In this document: positions 49,948-58,812 of the stretch, piece after piece | Layout: the number at the start of each line of letters is the position of its first letter | Numbering within the stretch: the stretch's first letter is position 1 | From: a virus | Taxonomy: Duplodnaviria; Caudoviricetes | IMG/VR virus record: IMGVR_UViG_3300025138_011172 | Location: 1,638-65,637 of that record | Reading direction: 5' to 3' (one strand) | DNA length: 64,000 nt | The notes under the pieces: generated by a model | Databases searched by the model: none | The model's input: only the letters and a program-made list of their open reading frames with translations | What the model was told of the DNA's origin: nothing | Position numbers and translations under genes: made by a program

Positions 49948-52758
49948 ATGAAAAAAATATTATTTAGTTTTGTAACAGTTCTATGCTTATTTTCAACTGT
50001 TAATTTTTCACAAACTGTAGCACCAGTTACTTTCAGACTAGATCTAAATGATGTCATAAGTAATGTACCTAATTCTGATTCAGCACAAGTATTTGTACAA
50101 ACAAATGTTGCCAGTTGGGTTGATATACCAATGGAAGATATTGGTGGAAATGGTATATGGAGAAAAAATATCAATATAACCCACCCAGCAGGTCAAAATG
50201 TAGATGTATTTTATAGGTTTAAAGTAACATCATTTGGATCAAATGGGTTACCTTACATCTTATGGGAAGGAGGACCTAATGCAGATACTAGTTGTTTAGC
50301 TGACCCAAATGATTATGGATTAGCAGGAGGATTGGTAAGAGAAGTACTAGTACCACAAGAATTAATTGATAATGGTACTTATGTTAACCCATCAGGAGAA
50401 TTTAAGTTAACGCATTGTTTTAATATATGTGGTAATGCACCATGCCCACCAGAACCTTGTATTAATGGTTTAACTTCAACTAACGCCTATCAACAGTGTA
50501 TTAATGGGGGAGCTCAAACTCTTATAGTTTTTGAATGGCAAACCGACTGCGAAATCCAGTCTGTTGAATATACTAATGCAGAAGGCGTTGGTCCATTTAC
50601 ATATCTAGTTAATTTTGATGCTTTAAATTTTGGGGTATTTGCGGGAACACTAAATATGCCACCAAATTGGTCAGTAGAACATCAATTAACAGTTAATTTT
50701 GTTGATGGAACACAATCTGCTCCTATTTTTTATACTCCACAACCATGTATTCCAGGTTGCATGGATCCTAATTCAATATCTTATAATCCATGGGCAACTA
50801 ACGATGATGGCTCCTGTATCAGCAGTGGTAATAGCGGTGGTTGTGATACAAATGATTTTGAAATAACAATATCAATAACTTTAGATAATTGGCCTGGAGA
50901 AACCTCTTGGACACTAGTGTCGTTATCCGATGGAGGAATTCCTATACAGATGCCACAAGGGGAATATGACTTTGCAGATGTAGGTCAAACATATGATTAT
51001 ACAGTTTGTATTGATAGTTTAGGAGTCGAACTTATTATAAATGATTCATATGGTGATGGTTTACAAGGAGGTAACACACCTGGAAATGTTATTATATATA
51101 ACTGTGATGGCGATACCATATGGGAACTTCCTGCACCAAACTTTGGATCTGTAGCTTATTCAGGACCTGTACAGGGAAGTGCATGTAGTGGAACAACACC
51201 TGTTCTAGGATGTACAGATCCGATGTATCAAGAATTTGATCCTACAGCTAATATAGATGATGGAAGTTGTTTAACTTCTCACATATTTGGATGTACTGAT
51301 CCAACATCATTTAACTATGATCCAGTTGCAACAATGCAAGAAATAATTCCTACATGCAACTATGAGTTATGGATAGGAGATGCAGCTGCTGATGGTTGGG
51401 GCAATTCCTATATTGGTGTAATTCAAGGAACAAATCAATGGACATTTACAATTGGGCCTGGATCTTATAATCAAACATTTCCAATAACATTAGACACAGA
51501 TAAACCTATTGAAGTTTATTATTTTGAAGTAGCAGCACCACAACAATCAGCACAAGAAGTTGAATTTCAAACATGGCATAATTCATTTAAACTAACTAAT
51601 GCAGACGGAGTGGTATTAATACACGAAGGACAAAACCCATTTGCTAATAATGGACAAGGCGCTTTACAGCCATTTGAATCCCCATTTTATGAAAAATATC
51701 AAGCAATACCTTTTTGTGGAGATTTATGTATTCCTGTTATACTCGGATGTACTGATTCAACATCATTGAATTATGATCCATTAGCTAACACAGATAATGG
51801 TACATGCATTCCAATAATATATGGTTGTACTAATAACTTAGCATTTAATTATGATTCAACAGCAACAGTAGATGATGGCTCTTGTATAGCAACAATATAT
51901 GGGTGTACAGATTTAACTTCATTTAATTATAATCCATTAGCAAATGTTGATGACGGTTCTTGTATATATTTTGGTTGCACTGATTTAACTGCATTAAATT
52001 ATGATCCAAATGCTAATGTTGATAATGGTACTTGTATTTACCCAGTTTATGGTTGCACAGACCCAACTATGTTTAATTATGATCCTAATGCAAATGTAAA
52101 TGATGGTAGTTGTGTACCTTTTATTTATGGTTGTATGGATCCAACTATGTTTAATTATAACTCAACTGCCAACACAGATAATGGATCATGTATACCTATA
52201 GTATTTGGGTGTATTGATTCAATCGCATTAAATTATGATCCAATGGCAAATACCGATAATGGAACTTGTATTATACCAGTAATAGGTTGTACAGATCCAA
52301 ATGCTTATAATTATGATCCTACAGCTAATGTAACAGATTCTACCTCTTGTTTATATGATGCAGGTTGTATTACAGGGCCAGGTAATCCTTATTGGCTAAA
52401 TGATGATTGTTATGCTTGGGTAATTAGTATAGACCCTTATTGTTGTAATGTAGCTTGGGACAACAATTGTCAAAATACTTATGATTATTGTGCTTCAAAT
52501 AGTGGTTGGGTTGGAGTTGAAGATTTAGTTCAAGGTGGAGGTGTAGCTATTTATCCAAACCCTACTACAGATAAATTAAATATAGTAAGTTCAAGATTAA
52601 ATAATACATTTGTAACTATGTATTCAACATCGGGTCAAATAGTTATTAATGAAACTAATAATAGTGTTATTGATATAAGTCATTTAGAAAATGGAATATA
52701 CTTTATGAATGTAAAAGTAGGAAAATTAACTTATATTAAAAAAGTAATTAAACAATAA
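49948..52758 (+). CDS. Secreted Cys-repeat protein with a T9SS type A sorting domain
   Basis: Signal peptide MKKILFSF..; 11 GCxDxxxxNYxxxAxxDxGxC repeats; C-terminal IYPNPT...LENGIYF...KKVIKQ. Confidence 0.85.
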   Translation: MKKILFSFVTVLCLFSTVNFSQTVAPVTFRLDLNDVISNVPNSDSAQVFVQTNVASWVDIPMEDIGGNGIWRKNINITHPAGQNVDVFYRFKVTSFGSNGLPYILWEGGPNADTSCLADPNDYGLAGGLVREVLVPQELIDNGTYVNPSGEFKLTHCFNICGNAPCPPEPCINGLTSTNAYQQCINGGAQTLIVFEWQTDCEIQSVEYTNAEGVGPFTYLVNFDALNFGVFAGTLNMPPNWSVEHQLTVNFVDGTQSAPIFYTPQPCIPGCMDPNSISYNPWATNDDGSCISSGNSGGCDTNDFEITISITLDNWPGETSWTLVSLSDGGIPIQMPQGEYDFADVGQTYDYTVCIDSLGVELIINDSYGDGLQGGNTPGNVIIYNCDGDTIWELPAPNFGSVAYSGPVQGSACSGTTPVLGCTDPMYQEFDPTANIDDGSCLTSHIFGCTDPTSFNYDPVATMQEIIPTCNYELWIGDAAADGWGNSYIGVIQGTNQWTFTIGPGSYNQTFPITLDTDKPIEVYYFEVAAPQQSAQEVEFQTWHNSFKLTNADGVVLIHEGQNPFANNGQGALQPFESPFYEKYQAIPFCGDLCIPVILGCTDSTSLNYDPLANTDNGTCIPIIYGCTNNLAFNYDSTATVDDGSCIATIYGCTDLTSFNYNPLANVDDGSCIYFGCTDLTALNYDPNANVDNGTCIYPVYGCTDPTMFNYDPNANVNDGSCVPFIYGCMDPTMFNYNSTANTDNGSCIPIVFGCIDSIALNYDPMANTDNGTCIIPVIGCTDPNAYNYDPTANVTDSTSCLYDAGCITGPGNPYWLNDDCYAWVISIDPYCCNVAWDNNCQNTYDYCASNSGWVGVEDLVQGGGVAIYPNPTTDKLNIVSSRLNNTFVTMYSTSGQIVINETNNSVIDISHLENGIYFMNVKVGKLTYIKKVIKQ
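51745..52350 (+). repeat. Eight tandem ~24-26 aa GCTD..NYD..A..DDGSC repeats
   Basis: Directly visible in the translation. Confidence 0.85.
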
Positions 52759-53840
52759 TGAAAAGAATATTATATATATTAATATTAATACCATCTTTAA
52801 TATTTGGACAAGAAATAGAAAAGAAGCCATTTGAAGATTTTAATAAAAAATTTAAAAAGGCAATTAAGTTTGCTACTTTCTATGGAGCAGTAAATGGAAA
52901 TAATAGTATTGCTGATGTAGACATATATTCAGTTAATACAGGCCAATTACAAAATAGTACGATTAAAACCCCATTTGATTATTCAGTTGTATTAGGTGTT
53001 AGAAAAATAGCTAGATTTGGATATGAAAATAGAGCAAATGTGTTTTATAATGGTACAGAACATTCATATGCTGATGCAGCTACAGTAGGTAAAGTATCTG
53101 GATTTGAATTTTTATTTGAAGTAGATTATAAAAGAAGATTTGGTAATTCATTTTTAGACCAACAACATTTTTTAAGATATGTAGCTGATAAATGGATAAT
53201 TAAAACAGAATATGTACAACAAGGATTTGCTGATATAAAATACTTTGAGTCATCCCAAAGGTATAGACATAAAATGGGAAAGAAATTTTCATGGAATGTT
53301 GGTATAGTTCAAAGAATATCTGAACCCTATGGTTATAACCCACTTGAAGAATTTATACTACCAAATGGTAGTTTACATTATACTTCATTAGCATTACAAG
53401 AGGGATACAATATAGAATTTTTACCAAATGGAGAAACTAATTATCTAAACCCAGAGGGAAATGTAGTTGCAAATAATTCTATAATATGGGAAGAAGTAAT
53501 AATTCCCCAAGTATTATCTGATTATGTAAGACGTAAAAAGGAAGAAATACCACAACAATGGAATCATTCTTTTGTATTAGGGTATGATTTTTATCATTAT
53601 ACTAAAACATTCTGGATACATTCTTGGGCTAGTGTTATGCCATTTCATTTAGAAACAGGAACTTACGCTTATCATAAATTTATAGCACCCAAGCAAACAT
53701 GGGTTGATTTAGGGGCAGGTTTTATCTTAGGATATAAATTTAATAAACATCTTGGGGTATTTATGGAAGGTAAATATAATAAATATTGGAATAGGCAATG
53801 GCACGATTTTAGTGTTGGATTAAACTATATAATTTTCTAA
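52758..53840 (+). CDS. Putative outer-membrane beta-barrel protein
   Basis: Signal peptide, amphipathic aromatic strands, C-terminal FSVGLNYIIF beta-signal. Confidence 0.65.
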   Translation: MKRILYILILIPSLIFGQEIEKKPFEDFNKKFKKAIKFATFYGAVNGNNSIADVDIYSVNTGQLQNSTIKTPFDYSVVLGVRKIARFGYENRANVFYNGTEHSYADAATVGKVSGFEFLFEVDYKRRFGNSFLDQQHFLRYVADKWIIKTEYVQQGFADIKYFESSQRYRHKMGKKFSWNVGIVQRISEPYGYNPLEEFILPNGSLHYTSLALQEGYNIEFLPNGETNYLNPEGNVVANNSIIWEEVIIPQVLSDYVRRKKEEIPQQWNHSFVLGYDFYHYTKTFWIHSWASVMPFHLETGTYAYHKFIAPKQTWVDLGAGFILGYKFNKHLGVFMEGKYNKYWNRQWHDFSVGLNYIIF

Positions 53841-53850
53841 AGAACTAGTA

Positions 53851-54144
53851 ATGGCTAAAGAGTTAAATGAAGATACAGGTTTTAAAGTAAGTATCAAAAC
53901 CTTAGTTGGGATAGGAGCAGCAATGGCTACAGTAATTAGTATGTGGTTTGTATTACAATCGGATATAGCTGAAGCAAAAGAACTTCCTATACCACCCCCA
54001 CCAGATGTAACTCGAATGGAGTTTGATATGAAGGATCAATTAATACGTCAAACTATTATGTCAACCCAACAAACGGTTGATAAATTAGAAGAAAATATGA
54101 AGCGTATTGAGGAAAAGTTAGATAGGTTAATCGAAAAAAGATAA
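53851..54144 (+). CDS. Single-TM plus coiled-coil protein
   Basis: TM segment, PPPP linker, heptads. Confidence 0.55.
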   Translation: MAKELNEDTGFKVSIKTLVGIGAAMATVISMWFVLQSDIAEAKELPIPPPPDVTRMEFDMKDQLIRQTIMSTQQTVDKLEENMKRIEEKLDRLIEKR

Positions 54145-54145
54145 T

Positions 54146-54472
54146 ATGAAAAAGATATTAACATTAATCATTTTATTATTTACCCTAAGTGTTACATCAC
54201 AAATCCAAGTAATACAATTTAATGCTAATTGGAATACAGCTAATGGGGTTAAATGGTTAGACCAATTAACAGATTGTAAAGTTAAAGAAATTTGTATAGT
54301 AGCAGATAAAAATGCTCAATCAAAATATAAAATAGTAGTAGTACCAACAATTATTGTTTTGAATCATGGTGAAGAAGTAAAACGTTACCAAGCAAATATC
54401 ATGATGAAAATGGAAGCTAAATTAGAAGATATACAAAATTTAGTAGATGAAACAGTAATGGAATCTTTTTAA
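54146..54472 (+). CDS. Exported thioredoxin-fold protein lacking CxxC
   Basis: Signal peptide, FNANWN in place of the F.A.WC..C motif, VPTII...GEEVKR. Confidence 0.65.
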   Translation: MKKILTLIILLFTLSVTSQIQVIQFNANWNTANGVKWLDQLTDCKVKEICIVADKNAQSKYKIVVVPTIIVLNHGEEVKRYQANIMMKMEAKLEDIQNLVDETVMESF

Positions 54473-54518
54473 ATTATAAGTGAGATATAAGATAACAACA
54501 TATTGAAGGTGTGCACAT

Positions 54519-54610
54519 AAAGGAATAGACAAAGGGGCAGTTAACCCCTGGTAGGACCTTGAAAAGCCATTGAAGATTGAAGCTCTTAACTACAGTTCTA
54601 TTCCTTTTTT
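54519..54610 (+). ncRNA. Candidate structured RNA/terminator-like element
   Basis: 11-bp outer stem AAAGGAATAGA/TCTATTCCTTT, inner AGGGG-CAGTTAA-CCCCT hairpin, T run; GC-richer intergenic region. Confidence 0.4.
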
Positions 54611-54663
54611 TAAAAAAACTTGATATTTTTATAAAAGTTTATTATATTCCAAGTAAAAATAAT

Positions 54664-54873
54664 ATGAAAAACATTTCTTCCTCTATAGAAGATGAAAAAT
54701 ATTTTTGTATGCTTAATAGATTAAATGGTTTTGATTTAATCAAACATGAACAATCAAAACAAATAGAATTAGGTATTGCAGAAGCTAATAATAATCTTAT
54801 TTTATCCAAAAATCTAGAAAAACAATTAATGTTTATTGATGCTATTTTAGAAGTAAGATCTATAAAAAATTAA
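54664..54873 (+). CDS. Hypothetical protein
   Basis: Likely ATG at 54664 after a promoter variant at 54620-54650. Confidence 0.45.
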   Translation: MKNISSSIEDEKYFCMLNRLNGFDLIKHEQSKQIELGIAEANNNLILSKNLEKQLMFIDAILEVRSIKN

Positions 54874-54891
54874 TAGAATTAATAAAAATAA

Positions 54892-54924
54892 TTTGGCTTT
54901 TTAAATAATTTTTCGTATATTCCG
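54892..54924 (+). promoter_or_regulatory. Early/host-sigma promoter
   Basis: TTTGG-N15-TTCGTATATT. Confidence 0.72.
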
Positions 54925-54937
54925 GTAAATTAAAAAT

Positions 54938-55267
54938 ATGAAAAAAATTACTACCTCACGTTCTTTTTATAAAGAATTAGTTAATAAATTCCCGAAAGTT
55001 AAACCAACAGTTATGCCTAGACTTTTATTAGAAATAGCTGAAGGGATGGATAAACAGGGATTAATTGCATTTAAAGAAGTTTCAAAACCTAATCTTATGG
55101 ATTTGGGTCATTTAGATGAAGTAGAGTATAAAATGCAGGCTTATGCCTTATCTCCTACTGAAATTGAAAATGCAAGAAATTTAATAGCAGCAGTAAAAAC
55201 ATTACTCCCTGAAAACCATAGAGTGTTAGCTGAAAAATTAGAAAGTATACTTTTAATTAATCAGTAA
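54938..55267 (+). CDS. Hypothetical protein
   Basis: 109 aa behind promoter. Confidence 0.55.
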   Translation: MKKITTSRSFYKELVNKFPKVKPTVMPRLLLEIAEGMDKQGLIAFKEVSKPNLMDLGHLDEVEYKMQAYALSPTEIENARNLIAAVKTLLPENHRVLAEKLESILLINQ

Positions 55268-55271
55268 AGTT

Positions 55272-55472
55272 ATGGCAAAATTAAGAAAAATGGTTACTTA
55301 CACTGATTACAGATGGGAAGAAACCGAGGATTTAACTCCTGAACAAATTAAAAAATGGAAATCTGAAGATGAAGATCTTCAAGAAGAAGTATTAGAAGAA
55401 GTAGAATTTGACTTGTCACATGATAAAGTTTTAGAAGATCATGATTGGCCTGAGTTAATAGAGGATGAATAA
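55272..55472 (+). CDS. Small highly acidic protein
   Basis: E/D-rich 66 aa. Confidence 0.55.
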   Translation: MAKLRKMVTYTDYRWEETEDLTPEQIKKWKSEDEDLQEEVLEEVEFDLSHDKVLEDHDWPELIEDE

Positions 55473-55656
55473 TTTTATCAAATTTACTTTAATATGGATA
55501 AGTCAAAATTTAGCTATACCATTTTGGATAGTAGGACACATCCATTTATCAATAAATGTGTATAAAGATATACATGAGTTAGGAGCATCAGTAGGAATGA
55601 ATCTTATAGTATTAATAGGATTTATATTAGATTATAAACAACAAAATAAAAAATAA
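55465..55656 (+). CDS. Small membrane protein
   Basis: Two hydrophobic segments. Confidence 0.5.
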   Translation: MNNFIKFTLIWISQNLAIPFWIVGHIHLSINVYKDIHELGASVGMNLIVLIGFILDYKQQNKK

Positions 55657-55659
55657 GTT

Positions 55660-55959
55660 ATGGCAAGAAAAGGAAGACCCTCAGGTAGTGTAACAAGAAC
55701 ATGTTTAATAAAAGATAAATTAATATTACCATATGAGATTCATATTGATGAAACAACAGGTTCATATTTAAAAGTAGTAGCAGAATCACAATCAACAGTT
55801 GGTTATTATGCTTCATTAGCTCATTTAATAAAAAGTATTTCAAAAGAAAAACATGTACCTCAAGGTGCTAATGGTAAAGTTTATTCATTAAATGAATATG
55901 TTAATGCAATGTCTAAATTAGAAAAATCAATGAATGAATTACTTTCGCCTTCTTTGTAA
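55660..55959 (+). CDS. Hypothetical protein with AT-hook-like N-terminus
   Basis: RKGRPS. Confidence 0.5.
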   Translation: MARKGRPSGSVTRTCLIKDKLILPYEIHIDETTGSYLKVVAESQSTVGYYASLAHLIKSISKEKHVPQGANGKVYSLNEYVNAMSKLEKSMNELLSPSL

Positions 55960-55975
55960 GGCTTCCGGTGGAGTG

Positions 55976-56008
55976 CTTGGATACCACAGATCTTGTTCGT
56001 ATATTTAC
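55976..56008 (+). promoter_or_regulatory. Early/host-sigma promoter
   Basis: CTTGGATACC..TTCGTATATTTAC. Confidence 0.8.
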
Positions 56009-56062
56009 GGCATAAGAAAGTTAAGAAATACTTAACAAGTTATAATTAAATAAATAAAAGTT

Positions 56063-56869
56063 ATGTTAGATTTAGAAAAAAGTGAATTTTTAAATGATGC
56101 TCAAATTGCAGAGCAAGCTCCATGTGTATTCAATGAAAGCCCAAGTGCTGAAGTTTCAAAACATTATACACACATTCCTACTAGTAAAGTAATTAACGAT
56201 ATGAGAACATTAGGTTGGGATGTTGTTGATGCTAAAGAAGTTAAAGCAAGAAAAAATAGTACTAAAGGTTTCCAAAAACACCTAGTAGTATTTAGAAATC
56301 CAGATGTTATTATTAATGGTAAAGATGGAGATACAGTTTTCCCACAAGTATTACTTACTAATAGCCATGATGGTAAAAATGCATTTACATTTACCGCTGG
56401 ATTATTTAGAATGATTTGCGAAAACGGTTTAGTTATATCAACTTCAACATTTGAAGATGTCAAAATGAGACATATGGGTTATTCATTTGAGGAATTACAG
56501 GTTAAAATTAAAGAAATGGTTGAAAAATTACCTTTAACTGTTGAATCAATGAATAAAATGCAAGCAACCGAAATTGGTGAGAATCAAGCAGTTGAATTTG
56601 CTAAAAAAGCTCTTAGTACTAGATTCCCAGAAAAGGAATTAAAGAGAATTAAGATTGATTTTAATCAATTACTTACACCTACTAGAGATGAAGATTGTGG
56701 ATCTGATCTTTGGAGTAGATTTAATGTAGTTCAAGAAAAAATTATTAGTGGTGATTTTACTTACATTGCAGGTGGTAAAGTAAGAAAAGCTAGAGAAATT
56801 AAAAATTTCAAGCAAGATCAAAAGATTAATAAAGATTTATTTGAATTAGCGTTAGAATATGCAAATTAA
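56063..56869 (+). CDS. DUF932/DUF945-family protein
   Basis: YTHIPT, LTNSHDG, GLFRMICENG, DLWSRFNVVQE. Confidence 0.85.
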   Translation: MLDLEKSEFLNDAQIAEQAPCVFNESPSAEVSKHYTHIPTSKVINDMRTLGWDVVDAKEVKARKNSTKGFQKHLVVFRNPDVIINGKDGDTVFPQVLLTNSHDGKNAFTFTAGLFRMICENGLVISTSTFEDVKMRHMGYSFEELQVKIKEMVEKLPLTVESMNKMQATEIGENQAVEFAKKALSTRFPEKELKRIKIDFNQLLTPTRDEDCGSDLWSRFNVVQEKIISGDFTYIAGGKVRKAREIKNFKQDQKINKDLFELALEYAN

Positions 56870-56891
56870 TTTAAAGGCTTATGCGCAGAGG

Positions 56892-56924
56892 CTTGGTTAC
56901 CTGAGCCTCTGTTCGTATATTTAT
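56892..56924 (+). promoter_or_regulatory. Early/host-sigma promoter embedded in an inverted repeat
   Basis: CTTGGTTACC..TTCGTATATTTAT; CAGAGGCT/AGCCTCTG arms. Confidence 0.8.
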
Positions 56925-56950
56925 GACATAAGAAATTAAAAATAAAGGTT

Positions 56951-57082
56951 ATGAAAAAAGTTTTAAAATACATCAATAATAATATAGTAGAATTAGTAGC
57001 ACTTAGAGATATAGCTATACTTGCTGTTATGTTAGTTGCGGCATGGGAATTAATTAAATTTTTAATTATAAATGTAGCATAA
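56951..57082 (+). CDS. Small membrane peptide (43 aa)
   Basis: Behind promoter with AATAAAGGTTATG; hydrophobic. Confidence 0.5.
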   Translation: MKKVLKYINNNIVELVALRDIAILAVMLVAAWELIKFLIINVA

Positions 57083-57459
57083 TGAATAAAGAAGAAATTT
57101 TAAATATAGCAAACGAAGTCTATCCTAAAATAGTAAAACATTTTGGTAAAGGTGAAAAATCAATCCCAGAGATAAAGATATATAGAAATGTTTTTGTTGC
57201 TTTAACTGGAGATGAAGATGCAGAAGGTGAAGATACACCAACTGGTAGATATGATAGAGAAAGTAATGAAATACAAATATTTTCAGATTATATTCCAAAT
57301 AAAGAAGAAGTAATTAGAAATCTAATTCATGAATATACTCATTATAAACAACCAGATGGTATAGATAAATGGTATTATGATAGAGGTTATACTTACAAAA
57401 GTAACCCTGCTGAATTAGAAGCAATAGATGCAGAGGATGACTGGAAGTTATTTTCTTAA
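57082..57459 (+). CDS. Zincin-like metallopeptidase domain protein
   Basis: LIHEYTHYKQ (HExxH), PAELEA. Confidence 0.7.
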   Translation: MNKEEILNIANEVYPKIVKHFGKGEKSIPEIKIYRNVFVALTGDEDAEGEDTPTGRYDRESNEIQIFSDYIPNKEEVIRNLIHEYTHYKQPDGIDKWYYDRGYTYKSNPAELEAIDAEDDWKLFS

Positions 57460-57470
57460 TATTTATAAGC

Positions 57471-57833
57471 ATGGAAAATTTCAATAAACTAATAAAAGAA
57501 GCATTATCAGGAAATCCACTTCCAGAAATGATGTCTGCTGAGATGAGAAAAGTTATGGATCAAGAAAAGGCAAAAGTAGAAGATACACTTCAAGCCTTTG
57601 ATAGAGAAAATCCTGATTATAGATATAAATCATATGATGTTAATGATCATGAAGGTGAAATTTTTATAGTATATAATACTCAAGCTGATTATGATCAAAT
57701 TAGAGGCAAAGAGGCATTATTAGATTTATTAAGCAATTTTCAATTTCCTGTTTACCTACACTACACAGTTAGAGATGATTATAGATCAGATAATCATGAT
57801 ATCTATTCTAAAAAAGGCTATGAATTAGCTTAA
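57471..57833 (+). CDS. Hypothetical protein sharing the N-terminal motif of 47778
   Basis: MENFNKLIKEALSGNPLPE; TATTTATA upstream. Confidence 0.55.
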   Translation: MENFNKLIKEALSGNPLPEMMSAEMRKVMDQEKAKVEDTLQAFDRENPDYRYKSYDVNDHEGEIFIVYNTQADYDQIRGKEALLDLLSNFQFPVYLHYTVRDDYRSDNHDIYSKKGYELA

Positions 57834-57850
57834 AAATAATTGCGTAAATA

Positions 57851-57883
57851 TTTGGCTACCACAGATATTGTTCGTATATTCAC
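57851..57883 (+). promoter_or_regulatory. Early/host-sigma promoter
   Basis: TTTGGCTACC..TTCGTATATTCAC then CATGTAGTTAAG. Confidence 0.8.
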
Positions 57884-57922
57884 CATGTAGTTAAGGTTAA
57901 TTACAATTAAAAAATAAAGGTT

Positions 57923-58084
57923 ATGATAAAAATAGATGATTTAGTAGGTGTTTTTCAGTTTGGAACTGATACATTCAAAGTAAAAAGAATTCAAGGTAAT
58001 AATGTATTAATTCAAGGTGCTAATAAAGCAACTACCACAGTTAATATTCACGATTGCATTAAAAAAACATTTAAAATAGTATAA
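57923..58084 (+). CDS. Small early protein (53 aa)
   Basis: AATAAAGGTTATG leader. Confidence 0.55.
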   Translation: MIKIDDLVGVFQFGTDTFKVKRIQGNNVLIQGANKATTTVNIHDCIKKTFKIV

Positions 58085-58093
58085 ATAAAGGTT

Positions 58094-58387
58094 ATGAAAT
58101 TAGATTACAGCACATTAACAAAAGTAGAGCAATTATATAAATCAGATGATTTTAAAATTGAAACAAAATCCAATAAGTTTGAAGGTAAATCTCTTATGCT
58201 TAGATTTGGATATTGGAATGAAGTAGATATTACGGGATTAATGAAAATATTTAGGCCCTTAGGTTTCACAGTTGAAATGAGTGAATGGGAAGATGATGAA
58301 TGTGGTTGGAAATATAGTTACCACATTAAAAAATCAAGCAATCCCTTAGAATTAATTCCAGGATTTATGGGCACTGAAAAAGGATAA
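58094..58387 (+). CDS. Hypothetical protein
   Basis: 97 aa, conserved leader. Confidence 0.55.
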   Translation: MKLDYSTLTKVEQLYKSDDFKIETKSNKFEGKSLMLRFGYWNEVDITGLMKIFRPLGFTVEMSEWEDDECGWKYSYHIKKSSNPLELIPGFMGTEKG

Positions 58388-58398
58388 AAATAAAAGTT

Positions 58399-58674
58399 AT
58401 GAGAAAATTAAAAAGATACGCAGTAGTAATAGACACATATGTTTATGCTGAAAATGATTATATGGCTAGAAAGAAAGCCCATGAATGTAAAAAAGAGGTA
58501 GATGGTGTTTCATTTAGTGATCACACTCGAGTAATAGAAATTACTGAATGTCCTTTTGCTAGTATAGAAACTAGAGCATTAGATAATATAGGTGAACCAT
58601 ATAAGGTTCAAAATAAAGTGAAATTTGAAATATCAACATCTAAATGGACTAATAAAGACCCTTTACCGTTTTGA
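58399..58674 (+). CDS. Hypothetical protein
   Basis: 91 aa, conserved leader. Confidence 0.55.
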   Translation: MRKLKRYAVVIDTYVYAENDYMARKKAHECKKEVDGVSFSDHTRVIEITECPFASIETRALDNIGEPYKVQNKVKFEISTSKWTNKDPLPF

Positions 58675-58812
58675 TAGTAGTAATGCAAATAACTCTTGAC
58701 TATCTGATAGCCCATCAGATGGTACAAGAATTAGATAATTTAATGGGGCATAATTTACCTTGGCATCAAACAGAAACAAAATCCCAAATAAAATATTTTA
58801 AATTAGACTGAA

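Noticed and set aside
54146-54610. Selenoprotein thioredoxin with a downstream SECIS
   Set aside because: The ORF has no in-frame TGA, ends in TAA, and the active-site position is WNTAN
338-56463. Minus-strand and nested alternative-frame ORFs in the track (e.g. 338-640, 22869-23276, 10993-11322, 56164-56463)
   Set aside because: They overlap well-supported + strand genes and have no motifs or leaders; treated as shadow ORFs
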